Shown: piece by piece, positions 1 through 10,226 of the stretch | How the letters are laid out: each line of letters opens with the position of its first letter | Numbering within the stretch: position 1 is the first letter of the stretch | Source of the DNA: a virus | Taxonomy: Duplodnaviria > Heunggongvirae > Uroviricota > Caudoviricetes | Virus record (IMG/VR): IMGVR_UViG_2531839145_000010 | Direction: 5' to 3' (one strand) | Length of the DNA: 36,526 bases | Position numbers and translations under genes: made by a program | The notes under the pieces: generated by a model | The model's database searches: none | What the model saw: the letters and a program-made list of their open reading frames with translations, nothing else | What the model was told of the DNA's origin: nothing

Positions 1-1053
1 TTACGGGGTAATGCCAACCGCTGCCGCCACTTTGTCGCCACTTGGCAATGTTGCCAGAGGATTGAAACGGAGCGCCGTTTCCAGATGATCCGGTGCCAGA
101 TGTGCGTAACGCATAGTCATTTTTATATCGTGGTGTCCGAGAATTTTTTGTAAGGCCAGGATGTTTCCACCCGACATCATGAAGTGCGCCGCAAAAGTAT
201 GGCGCAGAACGTGTGTCAGTTGACCGCGAGGGAGCACGATAGACGTTTTTTCCATCACGGATAAAAATTGAAAATAGCAGTCTGTGAAGAAATTGAACCC
301 ATCAAGCGCCATGATCTCTTCGTAAAGCTCTTTACTGATAGGGATGCTTCTGTTTTTCTTCCCCTTCGTTCTTACAAAGGTAATTCGGTATTTGGTCACC
401 TGTGAGCGGGTAAGATTTACGGCTTCTCGCCAGCGTGCGCCTGTGCTTAAGCATATCTTGACTACCAGAGCCAGAATTGGGTCCTGACGTTTGCAATCAG
501 CCAGTAATTCAACAATCTGCTCATGGGTAAGCCATGCCATCTCTTTTTCTGCGATGGTGAATTTTCGCATGTTCTCCAGTGGGTTCGGATACGACCATTC
601 GCCCAGACGGGATAGTTCGCTAAAAACACTACTTAGATAGCTTTGCTCCAGGTTAATGGTGACCGGGCTTGCTCCTTTCTTCCATTTCTCGCTGAAGTAG
701 ATCTCGCCTGTCAGGCGTTTATCTCGATAGTGGGCAAACATTTTAGAGGTGAGATCGGTTGCAAGAGGATTGCCTAGAGCGTCAACCATCAGCAGCAATT
801 TGTCATAGACATGCTGTCCAGCAGTCAGAGATTTACCATGTAGTTTGAACCATAGCTCAACCACGTCTTTCAGGGTTCGACGATCCACTGATTCGCCCAG
901 CCAGGGCTTTGATTCGGTTTCTTCCATCGTGTGACGCTCAAAAGCCAGAGCTTCGCCTTTGGTGGCGAATTGTTTACGCACACGACGCCCACTTCGTCCG
1001 GCGGGGTAACATTCGCAAAGCCATTTCCCTGTGGTGAGTTTTCGTACTGCCAT
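1..1053 (-). CDS. int: Tyrosine integrase (P2 Int-like)
   Basis: Track ORF 1..1209; N-terminus MAVRKLTTGKW... aligns from memory with P2 Int MAIKKLDDGRY..., so start placed at ATG 1051-1053; recombinase motifs LSTGARWREA, HVLRHTFAAH, MRYAHL (catalytic Tyr). Confidence 0.9.
   Translation of the reverse strand: MAVRKLTTGKWLCECYPAGRSGRRVRKQFATKGEALAFERHTMEETESKPWLGESVDRRTLKDVVELWFKLHGKSLTAGQHVYDKLLLMVDALGNPLATDLTSKMFAHYRDKRLTGEIYFSEKWKKGASPVTINLEQSYLSSVFSELSRLGEWSYPNPLENMRKFTIAEKEMAWLTHEQIVELLADCKRQDPILALVVKICLSTGARWREAVNLTRSQVTKYRITFVRTKGKKNRSIPISKELYEEIMALDGFNFFTDCYFQFLSVMEKTSIVLPRGQLTHVLRHTFAAHFMMSGGNILALQKILGHHDIKMTMRYAHLAPDHLETALRFNPLATLPSGDKVAAAVGITP
19..40. repeat. Left copy of prophage attachment-site core (attL), 22 bp, overlapping the 3' end of int
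   Basis: cgctgccgccaCtttgtcgcca at 19-40 recurs at 33672-33693 with one mismatch; the copies flank the whole phage gene set. Confidence 0.6.
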
Positions 1054-1241
1054 AAAAAATGCCCTCCAGTAGAGAGCATTTTTACTGTATGTATAACCAG
1101 TGTCAATGTATGAAATCCTACGACCATACATCTCACTGAAGCCATAATGAAGTTGGCTATTCTTTTTGCTATGTGAGCATGTAACTTTTGCGGTTAACCT
1201 GCGGCTCATTTTTATTTTAGACGCAGATATAAAAACAAAAG

Positions 1242-1433
1242 TTATCGTGAGTTTTTAGTACAGATTTTTTTGGATTTACTAATAGTTCCATCATTGCAAA
1301 CGAATTTGCCATCTGAGGTACAGTGAGAAACACCTCCCTTTTTCCCTGAGCAGGGATAATTTCTAGCATAGGTAGTTAGTGGGTTTAATAACAAAGAACA
1401 TGACAAAACCACAAAAAATACCTTACCAAGCAT
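1242..1433 (-). CDS. Small putative secreted Cys-rich protein (63 aa), possible moron
   Basis: Hydrophobic N-terminal signal-like segment followed by a 4-Cys hydrophilic tail; AT-rich; sits between int and repressor. Confidence 0.35.
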   Translation of the reverse strand: MLGKVFFVVLSCSLLLNPLTTYARNYPCSGKKGGVSHCTSDGKFVCNDGTISKSKKICTKNSR

Positions 1434-1448
1434 AGTTTCCTCCCGGTA

Positions 1449-2105
1449 CTATTTAACATACTTGACTGTTAAACTTATAATTTTACCAATTATTTCAATG
1501 TCTTCTATCTTGCATTCGAAGGCTCTGTTTCCACCCTCGACGAAGATTCTTCCACCGGGTAAACGAGTAATGTCACGGATCGTTATTTCGCCATCAATAC
1601 TTATTACCCATTTACCATCACGTATATCATCAAATTCTTTATCACAAATAAATTCAGAATTGTTATCTGTGATGACAAAAGGTTTTTTAAACGTAGAGGG
1701 TAGAAATCCCTTATCAAAAATATAAAAACCGTCTTTCTGCAATGCTCCATCAGACAATAAATATTTTTCTACTTCTATAGTATTTGTATTTGCTGATGCT
1801 TGCTTTGAACCATGCCCTGTTGTTAGCCAATTAAGCGAGGTGCCCGTTTCAAGGGCGCACTGGATTACCCAATCTGCTGGAAAAATATCACGCATATAGC
1901 GCGTTGCCATGGTGCTCTTAGAAACACCTAAATGATCACAGAGAGCCTGACGAGTACCGAACCCATATGCTTCAACTAAACGTTCTATGGCTTTCTTACC
2001 GCCGCTATTGAAATCCACAAGTCCTCCAAAGAAATCCAAAATTCGTTGACAGATTCCAAAAGCGATCTTAAAGTTGAACCAGAAGTGTTCTTTTGGAGCC
2101 TTCAC
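1449..2105 (-). CDS. cI: Phage 186 CI-type immunity repressor
   Basis: LVEAYGFGTRQALCDHLGVSKSTMATRYMRD...CALETGTSLNWLTTGHG resembles the recalled 186 CI HTH region; divergent from apl; true start may be internal to the 218-aa ORF. Confidence 0.7.
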   Translation of the reverse strand: MKAPKEHFWFNFKIAFGICQRILDFFGGLVDFNSGGKKAIERLVEAYGFGTRQALCDHLGVSKSTMATRYMRDIFPADWVIQCALETGTSLNWLTTGHGSKQASANTNTIEVEKYLLSDGALQKDGFYIFDKGFLPSTFKKPFVITDNNSEFICDKEFDDIRDGKWVISIDGEITIRDITRLPGGRIFVEGGNRAFECKIEDIEIIGKIISLTVKYVK

Positions 2106-2163
2106 TACTAATCACGACAAACAACGGCTCGCCACAAGCCATATCTAGAAGGAATGTTGCCTT
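2106..2163. promoter_or_regulatory. Divergent lysis/lysogeny switch region (expected promoters and operators)
   Basis: 58-bp intergenic gap between divergent repressor and apl/cox genes; no operator motifs were resolved. Confidence 0.35.
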
Positions 2164-2367
2164 ATGACACCTAACATTTCAATTACTCTGAATACACCAC
2201 ATGTCACAATCGAACGTTATAGCGAACTGACTGGCCTTTCTATTGATACGATTAACGACATGTTGGCTGATGGCCGACTACCTCGTCATCGTCTTCGTAA
2301 AGACAAAAAACGTGAAAAGGTAATGATTAACCTGGCTGCTCTGACTGTTGATGCTTTGTCTGCTTAA
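2164..2367 (+). CDS. Apl/Cox-like excisionase and transcriptional regulator
   Basis: 67-aa basic protein transcribed divergently from the repressor, in the position of 186 apl / P2 cox. Confidence 0.65.
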   Translation: MTPNISITLNTPHVTIERYSELTGLSIDTINDMLADGRLPRHRLRKDKKREKVMINLAALTVDALSA

Positions 2368-2431
2368 TAGACGTCTATTTTCGCAATAAGACGCTGAGTT
2401 CGATTTTGCGATAAGTTCGGAGTTGAAAACC

Positions 2432-2941
2432 ATGTTTGATTACCAAGTTTCCAAACATCCACATTTTGATGAAGCCTGTCGTGCATTCGCACTGCGCCAC
2501 AATCTGGTGCAACTGGCAGAACGTGCGGGCATGAATGTGCAGATTCTGCGGAACAAGCTGAACCCAGCTCAACCTCATTTATTAACCGCACCAGAAATCT
2601 GGCTGCTTACCGATCTGACTGAAGATTCAACGTTGGTAGATGGTTTTCTGGCACAGATTCATTGTCTGCCATGTGTACCGATTAATGAGGTAGCAAAAGA
2701 GAAACTGCCACATTACGTCATGAGTGCAACCGCAGAGATCGGGCGTGTTGCTGCAGGTGCGGTATCTGGCGATGTAAAAACCAGTGCAGGTCGTCGTGAT
2801 GCTATCAGCAGCATTAACTCTGTAACACGACTGATGGCGCTGGCGGCTGTTTCATTGCAGGCCCGTTTACAGGCTAATCCTGCGATGGCGAGTGCAGTTG
2901 ATACCGTGACTGGCCTCGGTGCTTCATTCGGTTTGCTGTGA
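2432..2941 (+). CDS. cII: Phage CII-family regulatory protein
   Basis: [24 protein letters not shown]... matches the recalled 186 CII N-terminus; ATG at 2432 with upstream cggag RBS preferred over the track TTG at 2423. Confidence 0.75.
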   Translation: MFDYQVSKHPHFDEACRAFALRHNLVQLAERAGMNVQILRNKLNPAQPHLLTAPEIWLLTDLTEDSTLVDGFLAQIHCLPCVPINEVAKEKLPHYVMSATAEIGRVAAGAVSGDVKTSAGRRDAISSINSVTRLMALAAVSLQARLQANPAMASAVDTVTGLGASFGLL

Positions 2942-2948
2942 GGTGCTT

Positions 2949-3245
2949 ATGCTGACGAAAGAACCATCATTTGCATCGCTGCTGGTAAAACAAAGCCCGG
3001 CAATGCACTACGGTCACGGCTGGATCATGGGTGAGGATGGTAAACGCTGGCATCCGTGCCGTTCACAAGATGAATTGCTGTCTGAATTGACCACGGGGAA
3101 ACGGAGAAAGTCAAAATGTATGCAGCGGAAAGTGAAGTGGTTTATCAGTTTCGTTACAGAGGGGAGAGTTATTCAGTACCTGAAGATGATTTGCTCTGTT
3201 GTTATCCGTCGTTGTCGGGCGATGGCATTTACTTTTTCACGCTAA
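2949..3245 (+). CDS. Hypothetical early protein; 3' extent doubtful
   Basis: ATG 2949 follows a gaggtg RBS; first ~60 codons look protein-like, remainder overlaps the next ORF in another frame. Confidence 0.3.
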   Translation: MLTKEPSFASLLVKQSPAMHYGHGWIMGEDGKRWHPCRSQDELLSELTTGKRRKSKCMQRKVKWFISFVTEGRVIQYLKMICSVVIRRCRAMAFTFSR

Positions 3246-3340
3246 AGGATGGGACGTTTTTACGGGGAGAGCAGGTTAAAGAGACGATACGAAAAAATGT
3301 ATCTCCTCTTGAACGTTACCGTAAGAACAAAGAACGATAG
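3116..3340 (+). CDS. Hypothetical early protein (74 aa)
   Basis: ATG 3116 preceded by ggagaaag RBS; hydrophilic, protein-like composition. Confidence 0.45.
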   Translation: MYAAESEVVYQFRYRGESYSVPEDDLLCCYPSLSGDGIYFFTLKDGTFLRGEQVKETIRKNVSPLERYRKNKER

Positions 3341-3362
3341 TTGCGTTTTGGGGATATGAATT

Positions 3363-3704
3363 ATGGCAATTAATGGCGCTGCGGCGACTGTTCCATTAAG
3401 CCCCGGTGAACGCCTGAATGGACTTAATCACATAGCGGAATTAAGGGCGAAAGTTTTTGGCCTGAATATTGAGTCAGAGCTTGAGCGGTTTATTAAAGAT
3501 ATGCGTGATCCACGGGATATCAATAATGAACAAAATAAACGGGCACTGGCTGCCATATTCTTTATGGCAAAAATTCCAGCTGAACGTCATAGCATCAGCA
3601 TTAATGAGCTGACCACTGACGAAAAGCGGGAGTTGATTAAAGCAATGAATCATTTTCGTGCAGTGGTGAGCTTATTTCCCAGACGGCTAACCATGCCGAA
3701 TTAA
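3363..3704 (+). CDS. Hypothetical early protein (113 aa)
   Basis: Complete ORF in the early operon between cII and the replication gene. Confidence 0.55.
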   Translation: MAINGAAATVPLSPGERLNGLNHIAELRAKVFGLNIESELERFIKDMRDPRDINNEQNKRALAAIFFMAKIPAERHSISINELTTDEKRELIKAMNHFRAVVSLFPRRLTMPN

Positions 3705-3771
3705 CCAACTAATGAAATTAATGGCGTAAACCCGCCGGGTATCCCTTTATCTAAATTCAGGAGAATTGATT

Positions 3772-4005
3772 ATGCGTAATATTGAAACTCTCACGACTAA
3801 AACCGGACCGGATGATGCAGGGCTTAATATTTTACTGACAGAGGCTCGTCTGGAAGAACGCCGGGCAAGGGCTGAAGCAATGGCAGCTCGCCTTGATAGC
3901 CTGGCGTGTCATATCACATCCCGCCAGCTAAACCACGTCGAAGCGGCAGAACTGCTGCGTGTGACCGCTGAAGCAATCCAGAACGAAGCGCAGGAGATCC
4001 ACTAA
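3772..4005 (+). CDS. Hypothetical early protein (77 aa)
   Basis: ATG 3772 preceded by aggagaa RBS; stop abuts the next gene start. Confidence 0.55.
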   Translation: MRNIETLTTKTGPDDAGLNILLTEARLEERRARAEAMAARLDSLACHITSRQLNHVEAAELLRVTAEAIQNEAQEIH

Positions 4006-4232
4006 TGGCTGATGCAATGGATCTCGTACAGCAGCGCGTTGAAGAAGAACGCCAGCGCCATATCCGTGCTGCCCGTGCCAAAACACCGGGCGTGTCTCGC
4101 GTGCTTTGCATTGAATGTGAAGCGCCAATTCCGCCAGCACGCCGCCGCGCCATTCCAGGAGTGCAGCTTTGCATTACCTGTCAGGAAATCGCAGAGCTGA
4201 AAGGCAAACATTACAACGGAGGTGCTGTATGA
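4005..4232 (+). CDS. TraR/DksA-family C4 zinc-finger protein
   Basis: [26 protein letters not shown] gives a CxxC-N17-CxxC zinc finger. Confidence 0.7.
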   Translation: MADAMDLVQQRVEEERQRHIRAARAKTPGVSRVLCIECEAPIPPARRRAIPGVQLCITCQEIAELKGKHYNGGAV

Positions 4233-4531
4233 CAGGGGCTGTGCGTATCCATCAATTAAAAATTGCACCTAAGTATTTCAATGCTGTGGTTGCAGGTCAA
4301 AAGACGGCTGAACTTCGTAAAGACGATCGTGGCTATAAAGTTGGTGATGTTCTTTCTCTTTGCGAATGGAAGCATGGCGTATTTACGGGTAGGGAATGGG
4401 CCGCGGTTATCTCTCATGTGCTTCCGGTTAATGACGTCATGGCAGTTTCAGAACAATGGGTGATGCTATCAATTCGCTCATTAACCCCATTAGAAGCTTT
4501 AGGATATGTTATTGCAGGAGGTGCTGTATGA
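4229..4531 (+). CDS. ASCH/DUF3850-like small protein
   Basis: 100-aa ORF; start overlaps upstream stop (ATGA); call rests on recalled family resemblance. Confidence 0.5.
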   Translation: MTGAVRIHQLKIAPKYFNAVVAGQKTAELRKDDRGYKVGDVLSLCEWKHGVFTGREWAAVISHVLPVNDVMAVSEQWVMLSIRSLTPLEALGYVIAGGAV

Positions 4532-5385
4532 GCACCATCCTGAAATGGGCGGGAAATAAAACCGCAATTATGTCCGAACTGAAAAAACACCTTCCTGCTG
4601 GCCCGCGACTGGTTGAACCTTTCGCGGGTTCCTGTGCTGTGATGATGGAGACGGATTATCCAGGCTATCTGGTTGCGGATATTAATCCTGATTTAATCAA
4701 CCTCTATAAAAAGGTTGCCGCTGATTGTGAATCGTTTATATCTCGCGCCAGAGTTTTATTTAAGGAAGCAAACAGGGAGGTGGCTTATTACAACATAAGG
4801 CAGGAGTTTAATTACTCAAATGAAATTACTGATTTCATGAAAGCGGTATATTTCCTGTATCTCAATCGTCACGGTTACCGTGGTTTATGTCGCTATAACA
4901 AGAGCGGGCATTTCAACATTCCCTACGGTAATTATAAAAATCCGTATTTCCCAGAAAAAGAAATTCGCGCATTTGCAGAAAAAGCCCAGCGGGCAACGTT
5001 TATCTGCGCCAGCTTTGATGAAACGCTGGCGATGTTGAAGGCGGGGGATGTGGTGTATTGCGATCCGCCGTATGACGGCACGTTTTCCGGTTATCACACT
5101 GACGGCTTCACTGAAGATGACCAGTATCACCTGGCATCCGTTCTTGAACATCGGTCATCAGAAGGACATCCGGTCATTGTTTCTAACAGTGACACATCCC
5201 TGATCCGTTCGCTGTATCGCAATTTTACTCACCACTACATCAAGGCAAAACGCAGCATCGGCGTAGCAGCTGGTGAGAGTAAATCTGCAACAGAAATCAT
5301 CGCTGTTTCTGGGGCGCGCTGCTGGGTGGGATTTGATCCTTCGCGTGGCGTGGATAGTTCTGCCGTGTACGGAGTGCGTGCATGA
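4528..5385 (+). CDS. DNA adenine methyltransferase (Dam-like)
   Basis: N-terminal KWAGNK...EPFAGS and catalytic DPPY motifs. Confidence 0.85.
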   Translation: MSTILKWAGNKTAIMSELKKHLPAGPRLVEPFAGSCAVMMETDYPGYLVADINPDLINLYKKVAADCESFISRARVLFKEANREVAYYNIRQEFNYSNEITDFMKAVYFLYLNRHGYRGLCRYNKSGHFNIPYGNYKNPYFPEKEIRAFAEKAQRATFICASFDETLAMLKAGDVVYCDPPYDGTFSGYHTDGFTEDDQYHLASVLEHRSSEGHPVIVSNSDTSLIRSLYRNFTHHYIKAKRSIGVAAGESKSATEIIAVSGARCWVGFDPSRGVDSSAVYGVRA

Positions 5386-7796
5386 GCCATGCTGATATGA
5401 ACAACTGCAGCGGCTTTAACGAGGCCGCCGCAGCATTCTCATGGAACAGCCCGAAAAAGGCTATTAACCCTTATCTGGACCCGGCGGAAGTTGCGCCGGT
5501 TTCTGCGCTTTCAAACCTGATCACTCTGTACGCTGCCGATAACGAGCAGGAACAACTGCGCCGCGAGGCACTGAGTGATCAGGTCTGGGAGCGTTATTTC
5601 TTTAATGAATCCCGTGATCCTGTCCAACGCGAAATGGAGCAGGATAAGCTCATTAGCCGGGCAAAGCTGGCGCATGAGCAGCAGCGTTTTAACCCGGACA
5701 TGGTCATTCTGGCAGACGTCAGCGCCCAGCCCTCCCATATCAGCAAGCCGCTGATGCAACGTATTGAATACTTCAGCAGCCTGGGCAGGCCAAAGGCTTA
5801 TTCCCGCTATTTGCGTGAGACGATTAAGCCATGTCTGGAACGACTGGAGCATGTACGCGACAGTCAGCTATCCACTTCTTTTCGCTTTATGGCAAGCCAT
5901 GAAGGGCTGGACGGCCTGCTGATCCTGCCTGAAATGAGTCAGGATCAGGTGAAACGCTTGTCTACCCTTGTCGCTGCGCATATGAGCATGTGCCTTGATG
6001 CAGCTTGTGGCGATTTGTATGTCACCGATGACGTTAAGCCAGAAGAAATCCGCAAGACATGGGAAAAGGTGGCAGCGGAAACCCTGCGTCTGGATGTCAT
6101 CCCGCCTGCGTTTGATCAACTCCGCCGGAAAAGAAACCGCCGTAAACCCGTGCCCTATGAACTCATTCCGGGTTCGCTGGCGCGTATGTTGTGCGCCGAC
6201 TGGTGGTACCGGAAATTATGGAAGATGCGTTGCGAATGGCGGGAAGAGCAGTTGCGTGCTGTTTGCCTGGTCAGCAAAAAAGCATCTCCCTATGTCAGCT
6301 ATGAAGCCGTGATGCATAAACGTGAGCAGCGCCGTAAGTCGCTGGAGTTTTTTCGTTCTCATGAACTGGTGAACGAAGACGGCGACACGCTGGACATGGA
6401 GGATGTGGTAAACGCCAGCAGCAGCAACCCTGCGCATCGCCGCAATGAGATGATGGCCTGTGTTAAAGGCCTGGAGCTTATCGCGGAAATGCGCGGTGAC
6501 TGCGCCGTTTTCTACACCATCACCTGTCCGTCACGTTTCCATTCCACGCTAAATAACGGCAGGCCCAACCCAACCTGGACAAATGCGACGGTAAGACAAA
6601 GTAGTGATTATCTGGTCGGCATGTTTGCTGCATTTCGTAAGGCGATGCACAAAGCCGGATTGCGCTGGTATGGCGTGCGGGTGGCTGAGCCGCATCATGA
6701 CGGTACAGTTCACTGGCACCTGTTGTGTTTTATGCGCAAAAAAGACCGCCGCGCCATCACTGCATTACTGCGTAAGTTTGCCATCCGTGAAGACCGCGAG
6801 GAGCTGGGCAATAACACTGGGCCGCGCTTTAAGTCTGAGTTGATTAACCCGCGCAAAGGTACGCCAACAAGCTACATCGCGAAATACATCAGTAAGAACA
6901 TTGACGGGCGTGGTCTGGCTGGCGAGATCAGCAAGGAAACGGGGAAATCCCTGCGTGATAATGCTGAATACGTTAATGCCTGGGCGTCTCTGCATCGTGT
7001 TCAGCAATTCCGCTTCTTTGGCATTCCGGGGCGTCAGGCTTACCGTGAACTGCGATTGCTGGCTGGTCAGGCGGCAAGGCAACAGGGGGACAAAAAAGCA
7101 GGTGCGCCGGTACTGGATAACCCGCGCCTTGATGCAATCCTGGCTGCTGCTGATGCTGGTTGTTTTGCCACCTACATTATGAAGCAGGGCGGCGTACTGG
7201 TTCCCCGCAAATATCACCTTATCAGAACAGCTTATGAAATTAACGAAGAGCCGACCGCCTATGGCGATCACGGTATTCGTATTTATGGCATCTGGTCACC
7301 CATTGCAGAGGGCAAGATTTGTACTCATGCAGTGAAGTGGAAAATGGTTCGTAAGGCCGTTGACGTTCAGGAGGCGGCAGCCGACCAGGGCGCTTGCGCC
7401 CCTTGGACTCGTGGCAATAACTGTCCCCTTGCTGAAAATTTGAACCAACAGGAGAAAGATAAATCAGCTGATGGGGACACCAGAACGGATATTACCCGCA
7501 TGGATGACAAGGAGTTGCACGATTTTCTGCACAGTATGAACAAAAAAGAGCGCCGGGAACTGGCTGCAAGGTTACGCCTGGTGAAACCGAAACGGCGTAG
7601 AGACTACAAACAGCGAATTACAGACCATCAACGACAGCAGCTCGTCTATGAACTGAAGTCCAGAGGATTTGATGGCAGCGAGAAAGAGGTAGATTTACTC
7701 TTTCGCGGTGGCAGTATTCCGTCAGGAGCAGGCCTGCGTATCTTCTATCGGAACCAGCGTTTGCAGGAAGATGATAAGTGGCGGAACCTGTATTAA
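5382..7796 (+). CDS. A: Replication initiation endonuclease (P2 gpA-like HUH rolling-circle initiator)
   Basis: 804 aa; HUH motif VHWHLLCF and catalytic-Tyr motif YIAKYISK; position downstream of the early operon. Confidence 0.9.
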   Translation: MSHADMNNCSGFNEAAAAFSWNSPKKAINPYLDPAEVAPVSALSNLITLYAADNEQEQLRREALSDQVWERYFFNESRDPVQREMEQDKLISRAKLAHEQQRFNPDMVILADVSAQPSHISKPLMQRIEYFSSLGRPKAYSRYLRETIKPCLERLEHVRDSQLSTSFRFMASHEGLDGLLILPEMSQDQVKRLSTLVAAHMSMCLDAACGDLYVTDDVKPEEIRKTWEKVAAETLRLDVIPPAFDQLRRKRNRRKPVPYELIPGSLARMLCADWWYRKLWKMRCEWREEQLRAVCLVSKKASPYVSYEAVMHKREQRRKSLEFFRSHELVNEDGDTLDMEDVVNASSSNPAHRRNEMMACVKGLELIAEMRGDCAVFYTITCPSRFHSTLNNGRPNPTWTNATVRQSSDYLVGMFAAFRKAMHKAGLRWYGVRVAEPHHDGTVHWHLLCFMRKKDRRAITALLRKFAIREDREELGNNTGPRFKSELINPRKGTPTSYIAKYISKNIDGRGLAGEISKETGKSLRDNAEYVNAWASLHRVQQFRFFGIPGRQAYRELRLLAGQAARQQGDKKAGAPVLDNPRLDAILAAADAGCFATYIMKQGGVLVPRKYHLIRTAYEINEEPTAYGDHGIRIYGIWSPIAEGKICTHAVKWKMVRKAVDVQEAAADQGACAPWTRGNNCPLAENLNQQEKDKSADGDTRTDITRMDDKELHDFLHSMNKKERRELAARLRLVKPKRRRDYKQRITDHQRQQLVYELKSRGFDGSEKEVDLLFRGGSIPSGAGLRIFYRNQRLQEDDKWRNLY

Positions 7797-7889
7797 TTAC
7801 GCTGGTTAACAATTCATGCTCTTAATAATACCAGGCATATCAGGCTGATAAGCGTAAAAAAAACGTTTTACATCAGTAAGATTATTATA

Positions 7890-7909
7890 TACTGTAAATA
7901 TAAACAGTG
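7890..7909. promoter_or_regulatory. LexA (SOS) box within the promoter region upstream of ORF62/DinI-like genes
   Basis: TACTGTAAATATAAACAGTG, a CTGT-N8-ACAG palindrome close to the LexA consensus; a TATACT -10-like hexamer overlaps it. Confidence 0.65.
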
Positions 7910-7949
7910 GTTATGTGTACAGTATTGCTTTGGTGTCATAGGAGGAAAG

Positions 7950-8138
7950 ATGCAGGACTATTTTTTGGAGTCTTTGAAGCTCCAGCGCATTGATTTTTTT
8001 CTTAAGCTTGTAGCGGCTAGTGAGTGTAGTGATGAAGAGAAGGGGCTGGCTTTGCAGTGGGTTTCTGAATTGACTGATGAACTCATGGCAAAAATCAGAA
8101 GCCACGAATACAACCGCTCAATGGATGTCATCAGCTGA
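7950..8138 (+). CDS. Hypothetical SOS-regulated protein (62 aa)
   Basis: First ORF downstream of the LexA box, ggagg RBS; Tum-like antirepressor role suggested only by position. Confidence 0.45.
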   Translation: MQDYFLESLKLQRIDFFLKLVAASECSDEEKGLALQWVSELTDELMAKIRSHEYNRSMDVIS

Positions 8139-8148
8139 GGTGACTTTT

Positions 8149-8382
8149 ATGCGCATTGAAATAATGATCGATAAAGAGCAGAAGATTAGCCAGTCTACCC
8201 TGGACGCCCTTGAATCCGAGCTTTACCGCAATCTGCGCCCCCTGTATCCCAAAACGGTAATCCGTATCCGTAAAGGTAGCTCTAACGGTGTGGAACTGAC
8301 CGGACTGCAACTGGACGAAGAAAGAAAACAAGTGATGAAAATTATGCAGAAGGTGTGGGAAGACGACAGCTGGCTGCATTAA
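8149..8382 (+). CDS. DinI-family protein
   Basis: MRIEIMIDKEQ...WEDDSWLH resembles recalled E. coli DinI (MRIEVTIAKT...WESADDWF); ATG 8149 preceded by gaggtg. Confidence 0.75.
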   Translation: MRIEIMIDKEQKISQSTLDALESELYRNLRPLYPKTVIRIRKGSSNGVELTGLQLDEERKQVMKIMQKVWEDDSWLH

Positions 8383-8389
8383 GAAATGT

Positions 8390-8422
8390 TGCTGGCGTCA
8401 GTAATTAATTCTGACGCCAGCA
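8390..8422. terminator. Hairpin between convergent DinI-like gene and cargo operon
   Basis: Perfect 12-bp inverted repeat tgctggcgtcag / ctgacgccagca around a 9-nt loop; no clear T-tract. Confidence 0.45.
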
Positions 8423-8476
8423 CGTTGAACAGCAAGTAAGTCAAGGTGTTAGTTAAAAAAACACCTTATAAGCCAT

Positions 8477-9160
8477 CTATGATTGAAGAGCAATCTTTCT
8501 CAACGTATCAAATACAATTTTTGTAAAATTATTTTCATTTTTAACGTCAATGTAAGCAAGAGCGTTATTAGTAATTTTAAGTTTACCAGAATACTCTAAT
8601 GAATTAACGGAGCAAACAAGTTTGTCAATTCTTATTTTCTTCCCCTCTAATTCTTCTTTATAATATTTTCTAAGGTCACTGCTGCCAATTATTTGCATTT
8701 TAGCTGTAGCGTAATCAGCGACTCTAACTCTAGAAATATCCAGTTGTGTTAGATTTATATTCACATTTGAAGATATTTCGTTGAGCCAGTCCATCGGATT
8801 TATATCAATCTCTTCTAGGCTAACGCCTAAGCCAAGATTTCTGACTAAGGCCTGTGAAAACGGTTTTAAAGTTCGCGGAGGGTTAGTAAGTTGCATTATA
8901 GGAAGAGTATCTAAAGATACACTGAAATTAGTAGTGCGGTATTCGACTCTTTCTACGATAGTTTCGCTTCCGTCAAAATTAGAAACTTGATCGTGATAAA
9001 TAATACGCTCAACAAAGCGTCCATGTGCAGAATCATGACGTATTTTATCAAAAATAAACCCTTTCCCCTTATCCTCGGTAAAAGAATCAAGAGAAAGACG
9101 TTTAACAGCTTTTTCAAATTCAAGCCGTATGTTTAATTTGAGCCACTTAACCTTCTTCAT
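8477..9160 (-). CDS. Cargo operon gene 3: hypothetical protein (227 aa), no recognised domain
   Basis: Start overlaps upstream gene by 14 nt; AT-rich; no motifs recognised by eye. Confidence 0.7.
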   Translation of the reverse strand: MKKVKWLKLNIRLEFEKAVKRLSLDSFTEDKGKGFIFDKIRHDSAHGRFVERIIYHDQVSNFDGSETIVERVEYRTTNFSVSLDTLPIMQLTNPPRTLKPFSQALVRNLGLGVSLEEIDINPMDWLNEISSNVNINLTQLDISRVRVADYATAKMQIIGSSDLRKYYKEELEGKKIRIDKLVCSVNSLEYSGKLKITNNALAYIDVKNENNFTKIVFDTLRKIALQS

Positions 9161-10226
9161 GTTCGTTTACCTCTGGTCCTATTATTATATTATAGGCATT
9201 TTCAGCGGCTGACTCAATTAATTCACTAATATGTCTTTTCTCTTGTGCCGTTGCCGCACGAATTGTCACATTGAATCCGTCTTCTTTTTGATTATTTATC
9301 CCTTTAATTTGATAGGCAAAGTCACAGCAATTTTCAGAGTCTTTGAAAAATGCTTCAACGTTAATTCTGTCACCAACTCCACTTGTCGGTTTTGAAGACC
9401 ATGCGATACGGCCTATATAATAACCTTTCTCGTGTAGTTGAGAAAATATAGGCGAACTATTAACACCTTCACCATTCAAAACAGCTTTCTTGACGAATCC
9501 GGTATCGATTGTTTCTTCTTTGTCTTCATCTTCACTTGCGTCAATACTGCGATTTAATTCTACTTTCGTTACATCATCAGTCTCATAACCATGTAGTCCA
9601 TTCATTAACTCTTGAAAGAACTGGCTTCGCAATGTAGGGTCAGTGATTGCCATTAAAGAAATTTCAAAACGTTCAATAGGCTCAGATTTGATTTTAGACA
9701 GCTCGTTTTGCAGACCCTCAATAACTTTTTTTGCCTCAGGATTCTGTGGCATACGTACTTCAACCTTGTCAACACCAGGGCGAAGTTCTATTATGACATT
9801 CCGTTTATCTATTTGACGCAGAGCGGTTTTAGATAAGTCTATTTCTTCATAGTTATATTCTACTGTCAGAGAACCATCTTTTTTCGCTACGATATTCAAG
9901 CTTTGCCCTTTACTGGGTGAACATGTTTTTTTCAATGCTTCAGCTGCGCTCTTTAATTCGGCCTGATTTGTTGTGGTCTGAAAACTCACACTGGTAATGC
10001 TTTCTCTTGGATCATATGTTTTGACCATCTTTTTTATATGCTCTAATTCATTAAAGCCATGGGGGAGTTTTGATATTTCCTCGATAAGTATTTCCTTGTC
10101 GAGTTCTGGTGATAAAAAAACACCTCTATTTAGCAATAATTCATGTAATTTTGCAGGGGTTATTCTTTTATGATGCAAAGCATCATAAATATTCTTGTCA
10201 GTCGCAAAGTATAATTTTTTAGCCAT
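9147..10226 (-). CDS. Cargo operon gene 2: hypothetical protein (359 aa), highly charged
   Basis: ATG overlaps upstream stop by 1 nt (TAATG); acidic stretch DASEDEDKEETID; no catalytic motif recognised. Confidence 0.7.
   Translation of the reverse strand: MAKKLYFATDKNIYDALHHKRITPAKLHELLLNRGVFLSPELDKEILIEEISKLPHGFNELEHIKKMVKTYDPRESITSVSFQTTTNQAELKSAAEALKKTCSPSKGQSLNIVAKKDGSLTVEYNYEEIDLSKTALRQIDKRNVIIELRPGVDKVEVRMPQNPEAKKVIEGLQNELSKIKSEPIERFEISLMAITDPTLRSQFFQELMNGLHGYETDDVTKVELNRSIDASEDEDKEETIDTGFVKKAVLNGEGVNSSPIFSQLHEKGYYIGRIAWSSKPTSGVGDRINVEAFFKDSENCCDFAYQIKGINNQKEDGFNVTIRAATAQEKRHISELIESAAENAYNIIIGPEVNEHEEG

Noticed and set aside
1054-1209. Upstream 52 codons of the integrase track ORF
   Set aside because: The N-terminal alignment to P2 Int begins at the internal Met (1053); the extension is simply open frame.
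6765-7271. 168-aa minus-strand ORF inside replication gene A
   Set aside because: Antisense overlap with a well-supported gene; no independent support.
8443-8468. Second hairpin (aaggtgtt...aacacctt) downstream of cargo gene 3
   Set aside because: Short AT-rich stem with an A-rich loop; weaker than the hairpin at 8390-8422, so not called separately.
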